Positions 1-9,653 of a stretch of 64,000 bases of DNA are shown in pieces. The notes under the pieces were generated by a model. It was not told the DNA's origin. It searched no databases and worked only from the letters and a program-made list of their open reading frames with translations. Within the stretch, counting starts at the first letter, position 1; the number at the start of each line of letters is the position of its first letter. This DNA comes from Meiothermus sp. (lineage in GTDB: Bacteria; Deinococcota; Deinococci; Deinococcales; Thermaceae). The position numbers were made by a program, and so were the translations under genes. The DNA is taken from NCBI GenBank assembly GCA_033762915.1, contig JANRLD010000098.1, forward strand, positions 12,095 through 76,094, written 5' to 3'.

Positions 1-921
1 CATGCGCCAGAGCAGGTCTTTGGCCTGAGCCACCTCCCCAGCCCCGGCCAGGCTCGAGAGTCTAGGGAAGGCCGCCATCGCGGGTGAGACCGCCAGCAGC
101 CCCAGCAGGGTGGTGAAGATGATCTCCCCGTTCTGGAATCCGGTGATGGCAGCCGAGGGGTATGCGGCCAGGATGGCCAGCAGGATCAGGTTTAAGAACT
201 GCCGCACCCCGGTCGTGAACACGAAAGGGCCGATGCGCGCGAAGGCCTCGCGGAAGGCCGGGTGCCACCGAAACTCGAGCCGGTACCCGCCCAGCGAGGG
301 TATCTGTACCAGGGCTTGCAGCAGGCCCCCAACCGTCACCGAGAGGCCCAGCGCCACCACGCTGCCGGGGAACAGAAGCATCAACGCGACTGAGCCGAGG
401 TTAAACATCACCGGGCTGAAGCTGGCCACCTTAAAGCGCTCCTGGGCCTGCAGCACCGAGGTGAACAGGGCCGCCATCGAGATGGTAAGCAGGAAGGGCA
501 GGGTCAGCCGCACCAGCAGAACCAACTGCTCGAAGACCTCCGGCTGGCGCAGCGGGCTCTGGCGGGGGTGCGAGGCGTCGGAGAGCCACAGAATGGCCGA
601 CGCAATTTGGGGTGCGAATAGCAGGCCCAGCCCCAGCAGTATCAGGTTGACGCCCAGCAAAAAGGCCCCAAAGCGCCTCGAGAAGACCTCCGCCTCCGCG
701 CTGGGCAGTTTGGTCAGGACGGGGATCAGGGCGTTCTGGATTGCGCCCTCGGCCAGCAGTTCGCGGAAGAGGTTGGGGACGCGATAGGCGGCCCAGAAGG
801 CGTCCTTGATCACGTCGTCGAGAGGCAGGTTGGTCAGCACGGTCTGCCGTACTTGACCCAGCACCCGGCTGGCGAAGGTGCCCAGCATGACAATGAAGGT
901 GTTGCGCAGAATTCGCCTCAT
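1..921 (-). CDS. murJ: Lipid II flippase MurJ/MviN (3' end runs off window)
   Basis: Not in the ORF track. Reverse complement from ATG at 921 reads MRRILRNTFIVMLGTFASRVLGQVRQ...DAFWAAYRVPNLFRELLAEGAIQNALIPVL, the typical MurJ N-terminus. Confidence 0.9.
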   Translation of the reverse strand, partial: MRRILRNTFIVMLGTFASRVLGQVRQTVLTNLPLDDVIKDAFWAAYRVPNLFRELLAEGAIQNALIPVLTKLPSAEAEVFSRRFGAFLLGVNLILLGLGLLFAPQIASAILWLSDASHPRQSPLRQPEVFEQLVLLVRLTLPFLLTISMAALFTSVLQAQERFKVASFSPVMFNLGSVALMLLFPGSVVALGLSVTVGGLLQALVQIPSLGGYRLEFRWHPAFREAFARIGPFVFTTGVRQFLNLILLAILAAYPSAAITGFQNGEIIFTTLLGLLAVSPAMAAFPRLSSLAGAGEVAQAKDLLWRM

Positions 922-1081
922 GGGGTCGGGGCTAGGCTGCCGGTACACGGCGGCATAAACAAGGCATTCTAAGGCAGTCTCGGCCAAACCGCCGCTGCCG
1001 AAGTGAGTCGGTGTAAAAATCCCTGGGCGGGCGGCCGGTTGGGGGTTTTCGAACCGGGGCGAAAATCGGTAAACTCGGCCC

Positions 1082-2089
1082 GTGGAGACTGCCTCGAGGC
1101 TCGTTGCCCAAGCGGTGGATTCTGGCCGGATCGCGGGCGCGGCGCTGGGCATGGTCGAGCTGGGCGGGACGATGTGGACCCGCTATTTCGGGGTCAAGAA
1201 CCGCGAGAAGCCTGATCCGGTCGGGGTGGAGACCCTTTTCGACCTGGCCAGCCTGACCAAGGTGCTGTTCACGGTTCCCGAAGTGCTGAGGCTGCTCGAG
1301 GATGGTCTGGCCGACCTCGACGACCCGCTCTCAAGGTTTTTCCCCGAGATGACCTGGATGCAGAACTCCGAACTGCCGAGGCGCACCCTACGCCAGCTGC
1401 TCGTACACACGGCCGGCCTGGAAGGCTGGGCCCCGGTTTACAGCTGGGGGACCGACCTGCCCACGCTCAAGATGGCGGTGCTTCAGCACCGCTGGGAAGT
1501 CAAGCCGGTGGGGAGCCATCTCTACTCCGACATCGGCTACATTTTGCTGGGTCTGGCGCTCGAGCGCTTGCGGGGCAGAACCATCGCGGCCTTCGACCTG
1601 CCTTCGGGTATGGCCTTCAACCCGCCCAACCCCACCGCCTGCGCCGCCACCGAGGCTTGCCCCTGGCGCGGGCGGGTCTTGCAGGGCGAAGTCCACGACG
1701 AGAACTGCTTCGCGCTTGGGGGCGCAACCGGCCACGCCGGGCTGTTCGGGACGCTGGAAGGCGTCCTGGGCCGCGCGCGCGCCCTCATGAGCGCCGAGGC
1801 GGTTTCGCCCGCCGCCCTCGAGGAGATGCGCCGCCCTCAGCACCCCGAGCGCGCTCTGGGCTGGATGACCCCCCAGCCGGGCTTCAGCGGCGGCAGCCTG
1901 TGCAGCCGCCAGACCTTGGGCCACACTGGCTTCACCGGAACTGGGGTCTGGATGGACTTCGAGCGCGGCTACGCCTGGGCGCTTCTCACCAACCGCGTCC
2001 ACCCTAGCCGCCACCTGGAGACCGGGATTTTCGAGCTGCGCAAGGCGGTGGGAAACAGCATCGCGGCCGAGCACCGCGCCGCGCGCTAA
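1082..2089 (+). CDS. Serine hydrolase, beta-lactamase/AmpC-like family
   Basis: FDLASLTK (SxxK), YSDIGY, GEVHDEN, GHAGLF, GHTGFTG motifs. Confidence 0.9.
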   Translation: METASRLVAQAVDSGRIAGAALGMVELGGTMWTRYFGVKNREKPDPVGVETLFDLASLTKVLFTVPEVLRLLEDGLADLDDPLSRFFPEMTWMQNSELPRRTLRQLLVHTAGLEGWAPVYSWGTDLPTLKMAVLQHRWEVKPVGSHLYSDIGYILLGLALERLRGRTIAAFDLPSGMAFNPPNPTACAATEACPWRGRVLQGEVHDENCFALGGATGHAGLFGTLEGVLGRARALMSAEAVSPAALEEMRRPQHPERALGWMTPQPGFSGGSLCSRQTLGHTGFTGTGVWMDFERGYAWALLTNRVHPSRHLETGIFELRKAVGNSIAAEHRAAR

Positions 2090-2140
2090 GTCGCTCCAGG
2101 TTTTTGCCTGACCAATAGCCGGGGATGCCCTGCGGGCCGG

Positions 2141-2698
2141 CTACCCCCTGAGGGCTTGTGCCACCGTGCGGTGGACCACCGCCCTAAACTTGCCCCAGTC
2201 GCTCCAGCTAGCCTTCAGATATTCCGACTCCTGCTCCTGGAGGGCCTCGAGCTGCCTCGCGATACCCAGCAGGCCCTCGGCGTTCGCGCTGGAGAAACCG
2301 CTGATCTGCTCGGCGTGGTCCTGGGGGCTGGGCTCGCCTTCGGCCTCGATCAGAAAGCAGTAGCTGTGGAAAAGCCGTCCCTGGTTGTGCTGGTAGGTGA
2401 TGTGGGCCAGAAAGCGCTTGATGGTGGCCTCGAGACCCAGCTCCTCCCAAATCTCGCGCTCGAGGGCCTCCGAAACCATCTCGCCGGTCTCCATGCCGCC
2501 GGTGGGCAGCCGATAAAGGCCTTGCGGGTAGAAGCCCTTGGTCATCGTCAAAAAGGTGTCGCCGGGCCGGCGCAGCACCAAGCACACCTCGGCGATTCGA
2601 GGGCTGGCCACGGCAAGGTAGCTGTTATCGCCCAGGGTAACTACAGGCTCGAGGGGTTTACCGTATCGCAATGCCAGTTCCAGTAGCTCTTGGTGCAT
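2141..2698 (-). CDS. NUDIX hydrolase
   Basis: Nudix box GGMETGEMVSEALEREIWEELGL. Confidence 0.85.
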   Translation of the reverse strand: MHQELLELALRYGKPLEPVVTLGDNSYLAVASPRIAEVCLVLRRPGDTFLTMTKGFYPQGLYRLPTGGMETGEMVSEALEREIWEELGLEATIKRFLAHITYQHNQGRLFHSYCFLIEAEGEPSPQDHAEQISGFSSANAEGLLGIARQLEALQEQESEYLKASWSDWGKFRAVVHRTVAQALRG

Positions 2699-2838
2699 GA
2701 TACAGAAGCTATCACAAGTTGGGGAGCGGGGAACAGGTAGCAGGGAACATACAAAACGGGATTGGAAAAGGTCTAAGTGGCCCCAAACAGTGGATTGGAA
2801 CTTCCCCGCCGCGTTCGCCTACCGTCCAGCCAGCGCCG

Positions 2839-3726
2839 CTAGGGGAAAGCCTTAGCCGAAGCCCACACCAAGCCCTGCCCCCCGACCGTACCGGTTAACT
2901 CGACCCAGCCGACCTTTAGGCCGGGAGGTGGGGCGGGGAAGCTGGCGGGGACAGCGCGGAGCTTGGAGCCATCGAAGTAGGCCACCACTCGCACCGGGGT
3001 CTGGTCGGGGGCGGCCCGCAGGGCAATGAAGGGCGCGCTACGGCTGGTGGAGAGCCAGGCGCTCACGAACTGGTACTGGCCCGCCCCCACCAGACTGGCC
3101 GGGCCCTGGTAGAACGACCAGGCCTGCGGGCTGCGCAACTGCACCTCGTCGGCCTTGAAGGTGTTGCCCTCCCAGGTGCCCACCGCCTCGAGCCACATTC
3201 CGGGTGCGGCCAGCCGGAGCCAGGGGGAGTCGCTTTGCACGCGGGTGTCGCCGCACAGCACTTGCCCAGAAGCCGCAACAGTGATCTGACCGTAGTAGCT
3301 TCGGGGGGCCGAGTTGACCGGGTTGTTTGGGCTGCCGGAGCTGCCGGGGCCGGGGCCGGAACCGGGGCTTCCGGGGTTGACCGGACTGACCGCATTGCCC
3401 GGCTGCTGCCGGCGCCGATCTTCTTCTTTGCGCCGCTCCTCCTCTTTGCGCCGCTCCTGCTCGCGGCGTTCGCGCTCTTCGCGTTCGCGGCGTTCGCGTT
3501 CCTCGCGCTCGCGGCGCTCCCGCTCTTCCTTCTCCCGCTTCTCCTTCTCCTTGTCGTCGTTCCCTTTGTTGCCCGGTCCCGAGTTGCCTCCGCCGGGGCC
3601 GGTGTTGCCCTCGGCGAGGGCCACCGCCAGCAGCGGCTGCGGTCCCAGCGCGGCGAACGTCAGCAGCCCGATAAGGCCCAGCCGTACCGCCAGGCTCCGC
3701 GGGTTCCAGCACAACTCAGGCCGCAC
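2839..3726 (-). CDS. Exported protein with E/R/K-rich helix and DUF5666-like C-terminal region
   Basis: Signal-peptide-like N-terminus (..LLAVALA-E), Gly-rich segment, (ERERR)n tract; start overlaps kinase stop. Confidence 0.7.
   Translation of the reverse strand: MRPELCWNPRSLAVRLGLIGLLTFAALGPQPLLAVALAEGNTGPGGGNSGPGNKGNDDKEKEKREKEERERREREERERREREERERREQERRKEEERRKEEDRRRQQPGNAVSPVNPGSPGSGPGPGSSGSPNNPVNSAPRSYYGQITVAASGQVLCGDTRVQSDSPWLRLAAPGMWLEAVGTWEGNTFKADEVQLRSPQAWSFYQGPASLVGAGQYQFVSAWLSTSRSAPFIALRAAPDQTPVRVVAYFDGSKLRAVPASFPAPPPGLKVGWVELTGTVGGQGLVWASAKAFP
3404..3560 (-). repeat. Coding low-complexity tandem repeat (EERERRER)n
   Basis: Protein DDKEKEKREKEERERREREERERREREERERREQERRKEEERRKEEDRRR; DNA repeats such as gcgttcgcggcgttcgcg. 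Confidence 0.8.
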
Positions 3727-4975
3727 GGTCGCCCTCCGGGGGCAGCGTCAGGACGGCCTCGAGGCCCCCCTGCGGGCGGTTGCGGAAGCTCAGTTCGCCG
3801 CCCAGGAGCTGGGCGATGTGACGCACCAGGGCTAGACCCAGGCCCAGACCCTCGGTCCGGGGCTGGAGCCGCAGGAAGGGGTCTCCGAGGCGGGCCAGCG
3901 CCTCCTCGGGCACGCCGGGGCCGCTGTCGCGCACGGCCACCAGGTTCCTCCCCACCTCCACCTCGACCAGTCCCTGGCTGTACTTGAGGGCGTTGTGGAT
4001 CAGGTTGCCCAGAGCTTGGTGTAGCAATTCTTCGTAGCCCAAGACGCGAGACTGCGGCCGACCCCCAACGGTCACTCGGCCCTGCTGAGGCCCAGGCAGC
4101 TCGGCCAGAACGCGCTCGAGCACGTCGGCCAGCGCCACCGGGGTGGGGTCGCTCTGGGGCGAGCGGGTCAGGGCCAGCAGCCCGGCCAGGAGCTTCTCGA
4201 GCCGCTCGAGGCTGCCCTTAATTGCGGGCAGACTCTCCTCGCGAGGGAGGAGCCCCTGCTCGAGGGACTCGATCTGCGCCCTCAAAGTGGCCAAAGGGGT
4301 GCGCAGCTCGTGGGAGGTGTAGCGGGCAAAGCTGCGCTCACGCTCGAGAAAGTTCCGCACCGCCTGGCTCATGCGATTAAAACTCTGGGCCAGGTCGGAC
4401 AGCTCGTCGTCGCCGGGGGGTACCGGCAGCGGCTCGGGGAAGCGTTGCTGGGCAAGGTCGTGGGTGGCCTTGGTCAAGCGGCGGACCGGGGAGAGCAGGT
4501 AGCCCAGCAAAAGGTAGGAGGCCCCCAGTGCCAGCAACAGGGCCAGCGGCAGGGCCAGCAGCTCAGTCTGCCAGAAGGTACGCACCGCCTCGGCTCTGGA
4601 TTCGGTGGAGCGGGCCGCCTCGAGCACATAGCCGCCCTCGAGCGGCTGCCGATAGGAAAGCCAGCCGCCCAGGCTGTCGGGAAAGCGGCCGCCTACCTCG
4701 AGGTAGACCTGCCCCTCCCGCACCACCCTAAAACGGTCGTTGCCCCAGGCCGGAAGGCTGTCCAGCCGGTCGGGGTCGAGGCTGACCCCCGAGGAGGTGA
4801 TCACCACCACATGGGCCACGGCCTCGGTGTAGTGGGTCAGCTCCTCGCGGTCGGTTCGCTCGAGGCTTCGCTGAAACTGCCAGGCCCCCAGCCCGCCGAC
4901 CAGCAATGCCGTCAGCAATACCGACCCCACCAGCCCCAGTTGCAGGCGCGCCCGAAACCCCCCGCGCCAGGTCAT
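3716..4975 (-). CDS. Membrane sensor histidine kinase (HAMP-HisKA-HATPase)
   Basis: Two TM segments, HAMP, SHELRTPL H-box, NALKY, DSGPG, GLGLGLA; start chosen at ATG 4975 (MTWRGG), uncertain. Confidence 0.9.
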   Translation of the reverse strand: MTWRGGFRARLQLGLVGSVLLTALLVGGLGAWQFQRSLERTDREELTHYTEAVAHVVVITSSGVSLDPDRLDSLPAWGNDRFRVVREGQVYLEVGGRFPDSLGGWLSYRQPLEGGYVLEAARSTESRAEAVRTFWQTELLALPLALLLALGASYLLLGYLLSPVRRLTKATHDLAQQRFPEPLPVPPGDDELSDLAQSFNRMSQAVRNFLERERSFARYTSHELRTPLATLRAQIESLEQGLLPREESLPAIKGSLERLEKLLAGLLALTRSPQSDPTPVALADVLERVLAELPGPQQGRVTVGGRPQSRVLGYEELLHQALGNLIHNALKYSQGLVEVEVGRNLVAVRDSGPGVPEEALARLGDPFLRLQPRTEGLGLGLALVRHIAQLLGGELSFRNRPQGGLEAVLTLPPEGDRAA

Positions 4976-5278
4976 TGCAAACCGCCGCACCGGTACAGCG
5001 TGGGGTTGGGTTTCGGTAGGGGAGGGTTTGACCATAAGGCTGAAAGTGGGAGGCAGGAATGAAAAGAGCGAAGGATGGGTACGGGCGAGCTGTGCTACTT
5101 GTTTCAACCTTTGGGGGCTAGCGGGAGTTGACAGGGTGGATAAACCGTTGGACGCAAATATCAAGCGAACGCAAGGCAGGGGATAGAGCGGTTTGCGTTT
5201 TCGGGGTCGTCCACTCGAGGGGTGTGGTCCTTTGACCTTGACCTTCAGCTATTCGCCCTTGCTTCCCTCCTTCCTCGT

Positions 5279-5935
5279 TTAAACTCCCAAGATATATCCC
5301 CCAGACTGTGTGGCGATAACCTGCGGCCCAAGTTTCTCGCGCAGGCGGTGGACGTAGACGCGAAGGATGCGGTGGCCGGAGTCGGTGTCGGGGAAGAGTT
5401 TGTCGAGGAGCTCGTCAATGCCAAAAACCCGCTCGGGGTGGAGGGCCAGACGCTCGAGTAGCGCAAACTCTTTTTCCGAGAGCTGCACCGGCTGCTCCTG
5501 CCAGACCACCGAGCGGCGCTTGAAGTCGATCAACAGCGGGCCGCGCTCGAGGCGGTTCTGTCGCTGCTCGCCTCCACGCCGCAGAAGGGCCCGCACGCGG
5601 GCCAGGAACTCCTGGAGCGAGAAGGGCTTCACCAGATAGTCGTCGCCACCAAGGTCGAGGCCCTCCACCCGGTCTTCGACGGTGTCTCGGGCGGTCAGGA
5701 AGAGGATCGCACCCGCGAAGCCGGTCTCGCGCAGCTCTCGAGCCAGCCTGAACCCCGCGTCCTCGCCCTCCGGCAGCATCACGTCGAGGGCGATTAAGTC
5801 GGGCTCGCACTCTCCCAAAAGGCGGCGCGCCTGTGTCAAGCAGTCCGCCCACTCAGCCTCGTACCGCTCCCGCTGCAGCAGGGCAAGGAGCGGTGCGGCC
5901 AGGCCGGGCTCGTCTTCGACCAAGAGAATTCTCAT
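5279..5935 (-). CDS. OmpR/PhoB-family response regulator
   Basis: MRILLVEDE, LDVMLP, GGDDYLVKPF, C-terminal winged helix VYVHRLREKL..GYIL. Confidence 0.92.
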   Translation of the reverse strand: MRILLVEDEPGLAAPLLALLQRERYEAEWADCLTQARRLLGECEPDLIALDVMLPEGEDAGFRLARELRETGFAGAILFLTARDTVEDRVEGLDLGGDDYLVKPFSLQEFLARVRALLRRGGEQRQNRLERGPLLIDFKRRSVVWQEQPVQLSEKEFALLERLALHPERVFGIDELLDKLFPDTDSGHRILRVYVHRLREKLGPQVIATQSGGYILGV

Positions 5936-6095
5936 ACGGATCGTGGTTGGGCAGGGAAGGCGGAGCCGAAGCCAACGGCTTTGGGACCATTTTACACGGG
6001 CGGTGCTCGAGCCTGCCCCCCATCTGTGGCAGCCAGCGGCCAACGCAAAAAGGGTTGGCCGCTGGGTTACCACCTTCCGCATAACGTCTGCTTGA

Positions 6096-7313
6096 CTACT
6101 TGATCTCCAGCTTGTCCGCAGTGAAGATTCCGCCCGCGACCTGGCCTCGGGCCTCGGCGCGTGTCCCGTCGCGGTTGGTGCCCCAGAAGGTGGCCGCGCT
6201 CACCTCGGCGTCGGCGATCTCGTACTTGGTGGTGGGTTTGACCGTGACGCTGAGGTTGGCGATCTTGAGGGTTTGGGCCGCGCCGTCAAAGGCGCTGATG
6301 GCGCCCTCGAGTCGGGCTTCCCGGCCGGGGCGCTCGGGGCGCTCGTCGCCGCCGCCTGCGCCTTGCACCTCGACCCGCACGGCCTGCACGGCGTTGGCCC
6401 CGGTGGCCAGGCCGTTGACCTCGACGGGCTTGCCGTCCTCGAGGGTGCCTCGCACCAGCGCCCTGGAATAGTCCACGGTGAAGTCCTGCACCTTGAAGGT
6501 CTTGGCGTCCTTATTGAGGCCGGAGATCAAGCCCTTGAGCTCGACGCGGCGGCCCACCGGCGGGGTGGGGTTGCCGGGGTTGGCCGAGGGCACGCCCTGC
6601 ACCAGTTGGGGCAGGACGGTACTGCCCTGGCGCTGGCCTTTTACCCGCACAAAGCCGTCGTTGGCAACTGTGCCCACGATCCTGACGCTGGGGGCGCTGA
6701 AGTCGACGGTGTAGGTCTTGAGGCCGTAGGTGAAGGTCTTGAGGTCGCTCTTGAGGTCGCGCACCCGCACCCGAAGGTCTACCTTGTTGGGGTTGTCCTC
6801 AACCTTTACTTCTAGGCGGGTGGCCTGGATGGAGTCGTCCGCTTGGGGCAGGCCAGCCACTTTCACAAAGTCGCCCACTTTGAGGTCGGCCAGGGTGATG
6901 GGGGTCTCGCTTCCGTCGGCGGCCTCGCGCACCAGCAGGGTGGTGTCGGTGATCTTGGCCCGCAGCCCTACCACGTCCACAGTGCCGCCCACCGCGTCCA
7001 CCGCGTCCACGGCGCCCTTGGCCCGCCAGCGCACCTCGAGGCGACGCATCTTGAGCTTTCCGCCGTCGTCGCTGCCGTCTCCGCTGACTTCCACGCCGGG
7101 TTTAACGTCGCCGGGGCTGCCGGGCTCGTCGTCCACGGTGATGCTGGCCCCGCTCAGGCTGAGCGGCTGCCCGTTGAGGGTGAGCAGACTGGCGGTGCCG
7201 CCCACGGTTCCGGCCAGGCTTACGTCGGCGGCGCTCGAGGTCGGGGCGCCGAGATTGGAGCAGCCCGCCAGCGCCAACAGACTCAGTGCAGCCAACAAGG
7301 GTATTTTGTTCAC
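6096..7313 (-). CDS. DUF5666 repeat-containing lipoprotein
   Basis: GGAGG RBS then GTG 7313; lipobox LAGC; repeated beta-rich units ending e.g. DLKVGDFVKVAG..IQATRLEV, LEDGKPVEVNG..VQAVRVEV. Confidence 0.75.
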   Translation of the reverse strand: MNKIPLLAALSLLALAGCSNLGAPTSSAADVSLAGTVGGTASLLTLNGQPLSLSGASITVDDEPGSPGDVKPGVEVSGDGSDDGGKLKMRRLEVRWRAKGAVDAVDAVGGTVDVVGLRAKITDTTLLVREAADGSETPITLADLKVGDFVKVAGLPQADDSIQATRLEVKVEDNPNKVDLRVRVRDLKSDLKTFTYGLKTYTVDFSAPSVRIVGTVANDGFVRVKGQRQGSTVLPQLVQGVPSANPGNPTPPVGRRVELKGLISGLNKDAKTFKVQDFTVDYSRALVRGTLEDGKPVEVNGLATGANAVQAVRVEVQGAGGGDERPERPGREARLEGAISAFDGAAQTLKIANLSVTVKPTTKYEIADAEVSAATFWGTNRDGTRAEARGQVAGGIFTADKLEIK

Positions 7314-7833
7314 GGGTGTACCTCCACGGCTGAGGTTAGCTGGGGCGGGTAAACGCGGAATTAACAAAGGCGTTATCTGAATAGTTTGGGGGTCGGAGAG
7401 GGAGTACATTACCTGCCACCGCGAGGGAAGTAAGGGTCGGAAACGCGATGAGTCGTGGTAGGAGCCGCAGTGAGGTGGGTTCAGGGGGTTGATTTCTCGT
7501 AGTGCAGCAGACCCCTCGAGGATGTGCTCGGTCTTGAGCATGTGGCCAGGGGACGCGAGCAGTTGTGCGGCGGCCTGCTCGAGTTGGGCTACCGCCTTCT
7601 CTAACTCCTTGGCCTGAGGATCAGCGACGTTTTCCATAGCCGAAGGCCAGTGTTGCCGGTCCGGACGCGACGAAGCCTGGTCTTTGGGCCTCGCTTTTGC
7701 CTCACTTACGGGCAAGATTTGGGGAGATAACCGACAAACGAAATGTATCTGTCGGGGCTGGCCTTGCGCCTGACCTGACCCCTATAACGATAGGATTGTT
7801 TCCGCCAGAGACTGGCCGACGATGAGGTTGGCC

Positions 7834-8838
7834 CTACCCGATCACAAAATCCCTGGTCTTTTGCTGGTCCAAAACCACCTCGAGGGCCTCTTCCAGCACC
7901 TCGAGGCCGCTGCCCCGCCGGGGTGCCTTGGCCGACAAGACCTGCCGCCATAGCCGCCCGCCGGGCTGGCCCTTGAACAGGTTGAGCATGTGCCGCGCAA
8001 TCGCCCACAGCGGCGTGCCCGCTTCCATTCGCGCCGCGATGTAAGGCAACATGGATTGGACGACCTCGGCCCTCGAGACCGCCCAAGGCTGACCAAACAG
8101 CCGCCCGTCCACCTCGGCCAGCGCGAAGGGGTCTTCGTAAGCAAGGCGGCCCACCATCACACCGTCCACGTGCCGGAGGTGCTGTTCCGCCTCGTCTAAG
8201 CTCCGCACCCCGCCGTTGAGGATTAGGGTGAGGTGCGGGAAGTCGCGCTTGAGCCGATACACCCATTCATACCTTAGGGGTGGCACGCTGCGGTTCTCTG
8301 CGGGCGAGAGCCCCTTAAGAACGGCCTTGCGGGCGTGGACGATGAAGGTCTCGACCCCCACTGCACTCAGTTTCTCGATGAACCGTGCCACGTAGGCGTA
8401 GTCCTCGAGGTCGTCCACCCCCAGTCGGTGCTTGGCGCTCACCGGCACCTTAACTGCCCGACTCATGGCATCCATGCACTCGGCCACCAGGTCGGGCTCG
8501 AGCATCAGACAGGCCCCGAAACCCCCGCCCTGCACCCGCTCGGAAGGGCAGCCCAGGTTCAGGTTGATCTCGTCATAACCCCAATGCTCGCCCGCTCCAG
8601 CGGCTTCGGCCAGTTTTTCCGGCGTCGAGCCGCCCAGCTGCAGCGCTACGGGGTGCTCCTCCGGGCTGAAGTCGAGCAGTCGGGGCCGGTTGCCCAGCAA
8701 GATCGAGTTGTCCACCACCATCTCGGTGTACAGCAGCGCATGCCGGGTGATTCGCCTCAGCAGGAAGCGAAAATGGCGATCCGTCCAGTCCATCATCGGT
8801 GCGATAGATAGGCGGTGGTAGGGGAGAGAGGGAGTCAT
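7834..8838 (-). CDS. dusA: tRNA-dihydrouridine synthase A
   Basis: LSIAPMMDWTDRHFR, YTEMV, QLGGS, NLNLGCPS, IVHARKA, NGG, VMVGR. Confidence 0.93.
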   Translation of the reverse strand: MTPSLPYHRLSIAPMMDWTDRHFRFLLRRITRHALLYTEMVVDNSILLGNRPRLLDFSPEEHPVALQLGGSTPEKLAEAAGAGEHWGYDEINLNLGCPSERVQGGGFGACLMLEPDLVAECMDAMSRAVKVPVSAKHRLGVDDLEDYAYVARFIEKLSAVGVETFIVHARKAVLKGLSPAENRSVPPLRYEWVYRLKRDFPHLTLILNGGVRSLDEAEQHLRHVDGVMVGRLAYEDPFALAEVDGRLFGQPWAVSRAEVVQSMLPYIAARMEAGTPLWAIARHMLNLFKGQPGGRLWRQVLSAKAPRRGSGLEVLEEALEVVLDQQKTRDFVIG

Positions 8839-9127
8839 GAGGGGAGCTCTCGAGGCTCGAGGGCCTGGCCGCAGGGGCAGCTTCTTGAGTTTACAGGGGT
8901 ATCCAGAGTTCACCAAGGGCGGATGCCAGCTTGCCCGCAGCCGCCAATCCGCCATTTCCCACGGCATAGGGCACATGGTTGCGGGTGCAGTCCCCGCGTA
9001 GTTCAGCACCGAACGAGCTAAAACACGGCACCTCCAGGGACACATTAGGGACAAATGAATCTGGCTAATCCCGGCCAAGAGTACAAATATCAAGTTACGT
9101 ACAAATCAACACCTGGAGGTGAAGTCT

Positions 9128-9646
9128 ATGTTGTCAAGGCTTCTAACAGCAGCAACCTTACTGGGGCTTACAGGGTTCTTTATGGTGGGAGCGCAGCAGA
9201 CTGCCCTTCCGGTCTGGCCAGGCATCACCACCCCCGACGACAAGCCCAACGGATGTGTGGACTGCCACCGTCAGACCGCCACCCGCGACCTGAGACTTAC
9301 CACCACCCTGCGACTGTGGGCCAGCCAGGGCAGCCCAAAGGAGGCGATCAGCGTTGCCCAGGCGGTGTTTCCTCGGGCCACCGTTCTAACCGGCCGGCAC
9401 CCCGAAGTCAGCCAGATCATCACCACCGGGGCTGTCCCGATCCCCACCCAGTGCATCGCCTGCCACAAGAGCCAGGGGCGATCCATCACCTCGGTGATTC
9501 ATCTGCTACACCTTAGCCAGAACCCCAACTTTGTTAGTGGCAGGTCTACGTTTTCCGAGCGCAGCGGCAACAACTGCACCAGCTGCCATACTGTAAACGT
9601 CGACTCCGGGGCCATGACCATCAAGGCCGGTACCGAGGCCAGGTAG
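9128..9646 (+). CDS. Small secreted triheme c-type cytochrome
   Basis: Signal peptide; CxxCH motifs CVDCH, CIACH, CTSCH; GGAGG before ATG 9128. Confidence 0.8.
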   Translation: MLSRLLTAATLLGLTGFFMVGAQQTALPVWPGITTPDDKPNGCVDCHRQTATRDLRLTTTLRLWASQGSPKEAISVAQAVFPRATVLTGRHPEVSQIITTGAVPIPTQCIACHKSQGRSITSVIHLLHLSQNPNFVSGRSTFSERSGNNCTSCHTVNVDSGAMTIKAGTEAR

Positions 9647-9653
9647 CCCGAGC

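Noticed and set aside
62..787. Track ORFs 62-268 and 110-787
   Set aside because: Shadow ORFs of murJ; the same applies to the many antisense/alternate-frame ORFs across this GC-rich window
7314..7715. 134-codon in-frame extension upstream of the DUF5666 lipoprotein
   Set aside because: The RBS and lipoprotein signal begin at GTG 7313; the extension has no recognisable motif (a gene remnant cannot be excluded)
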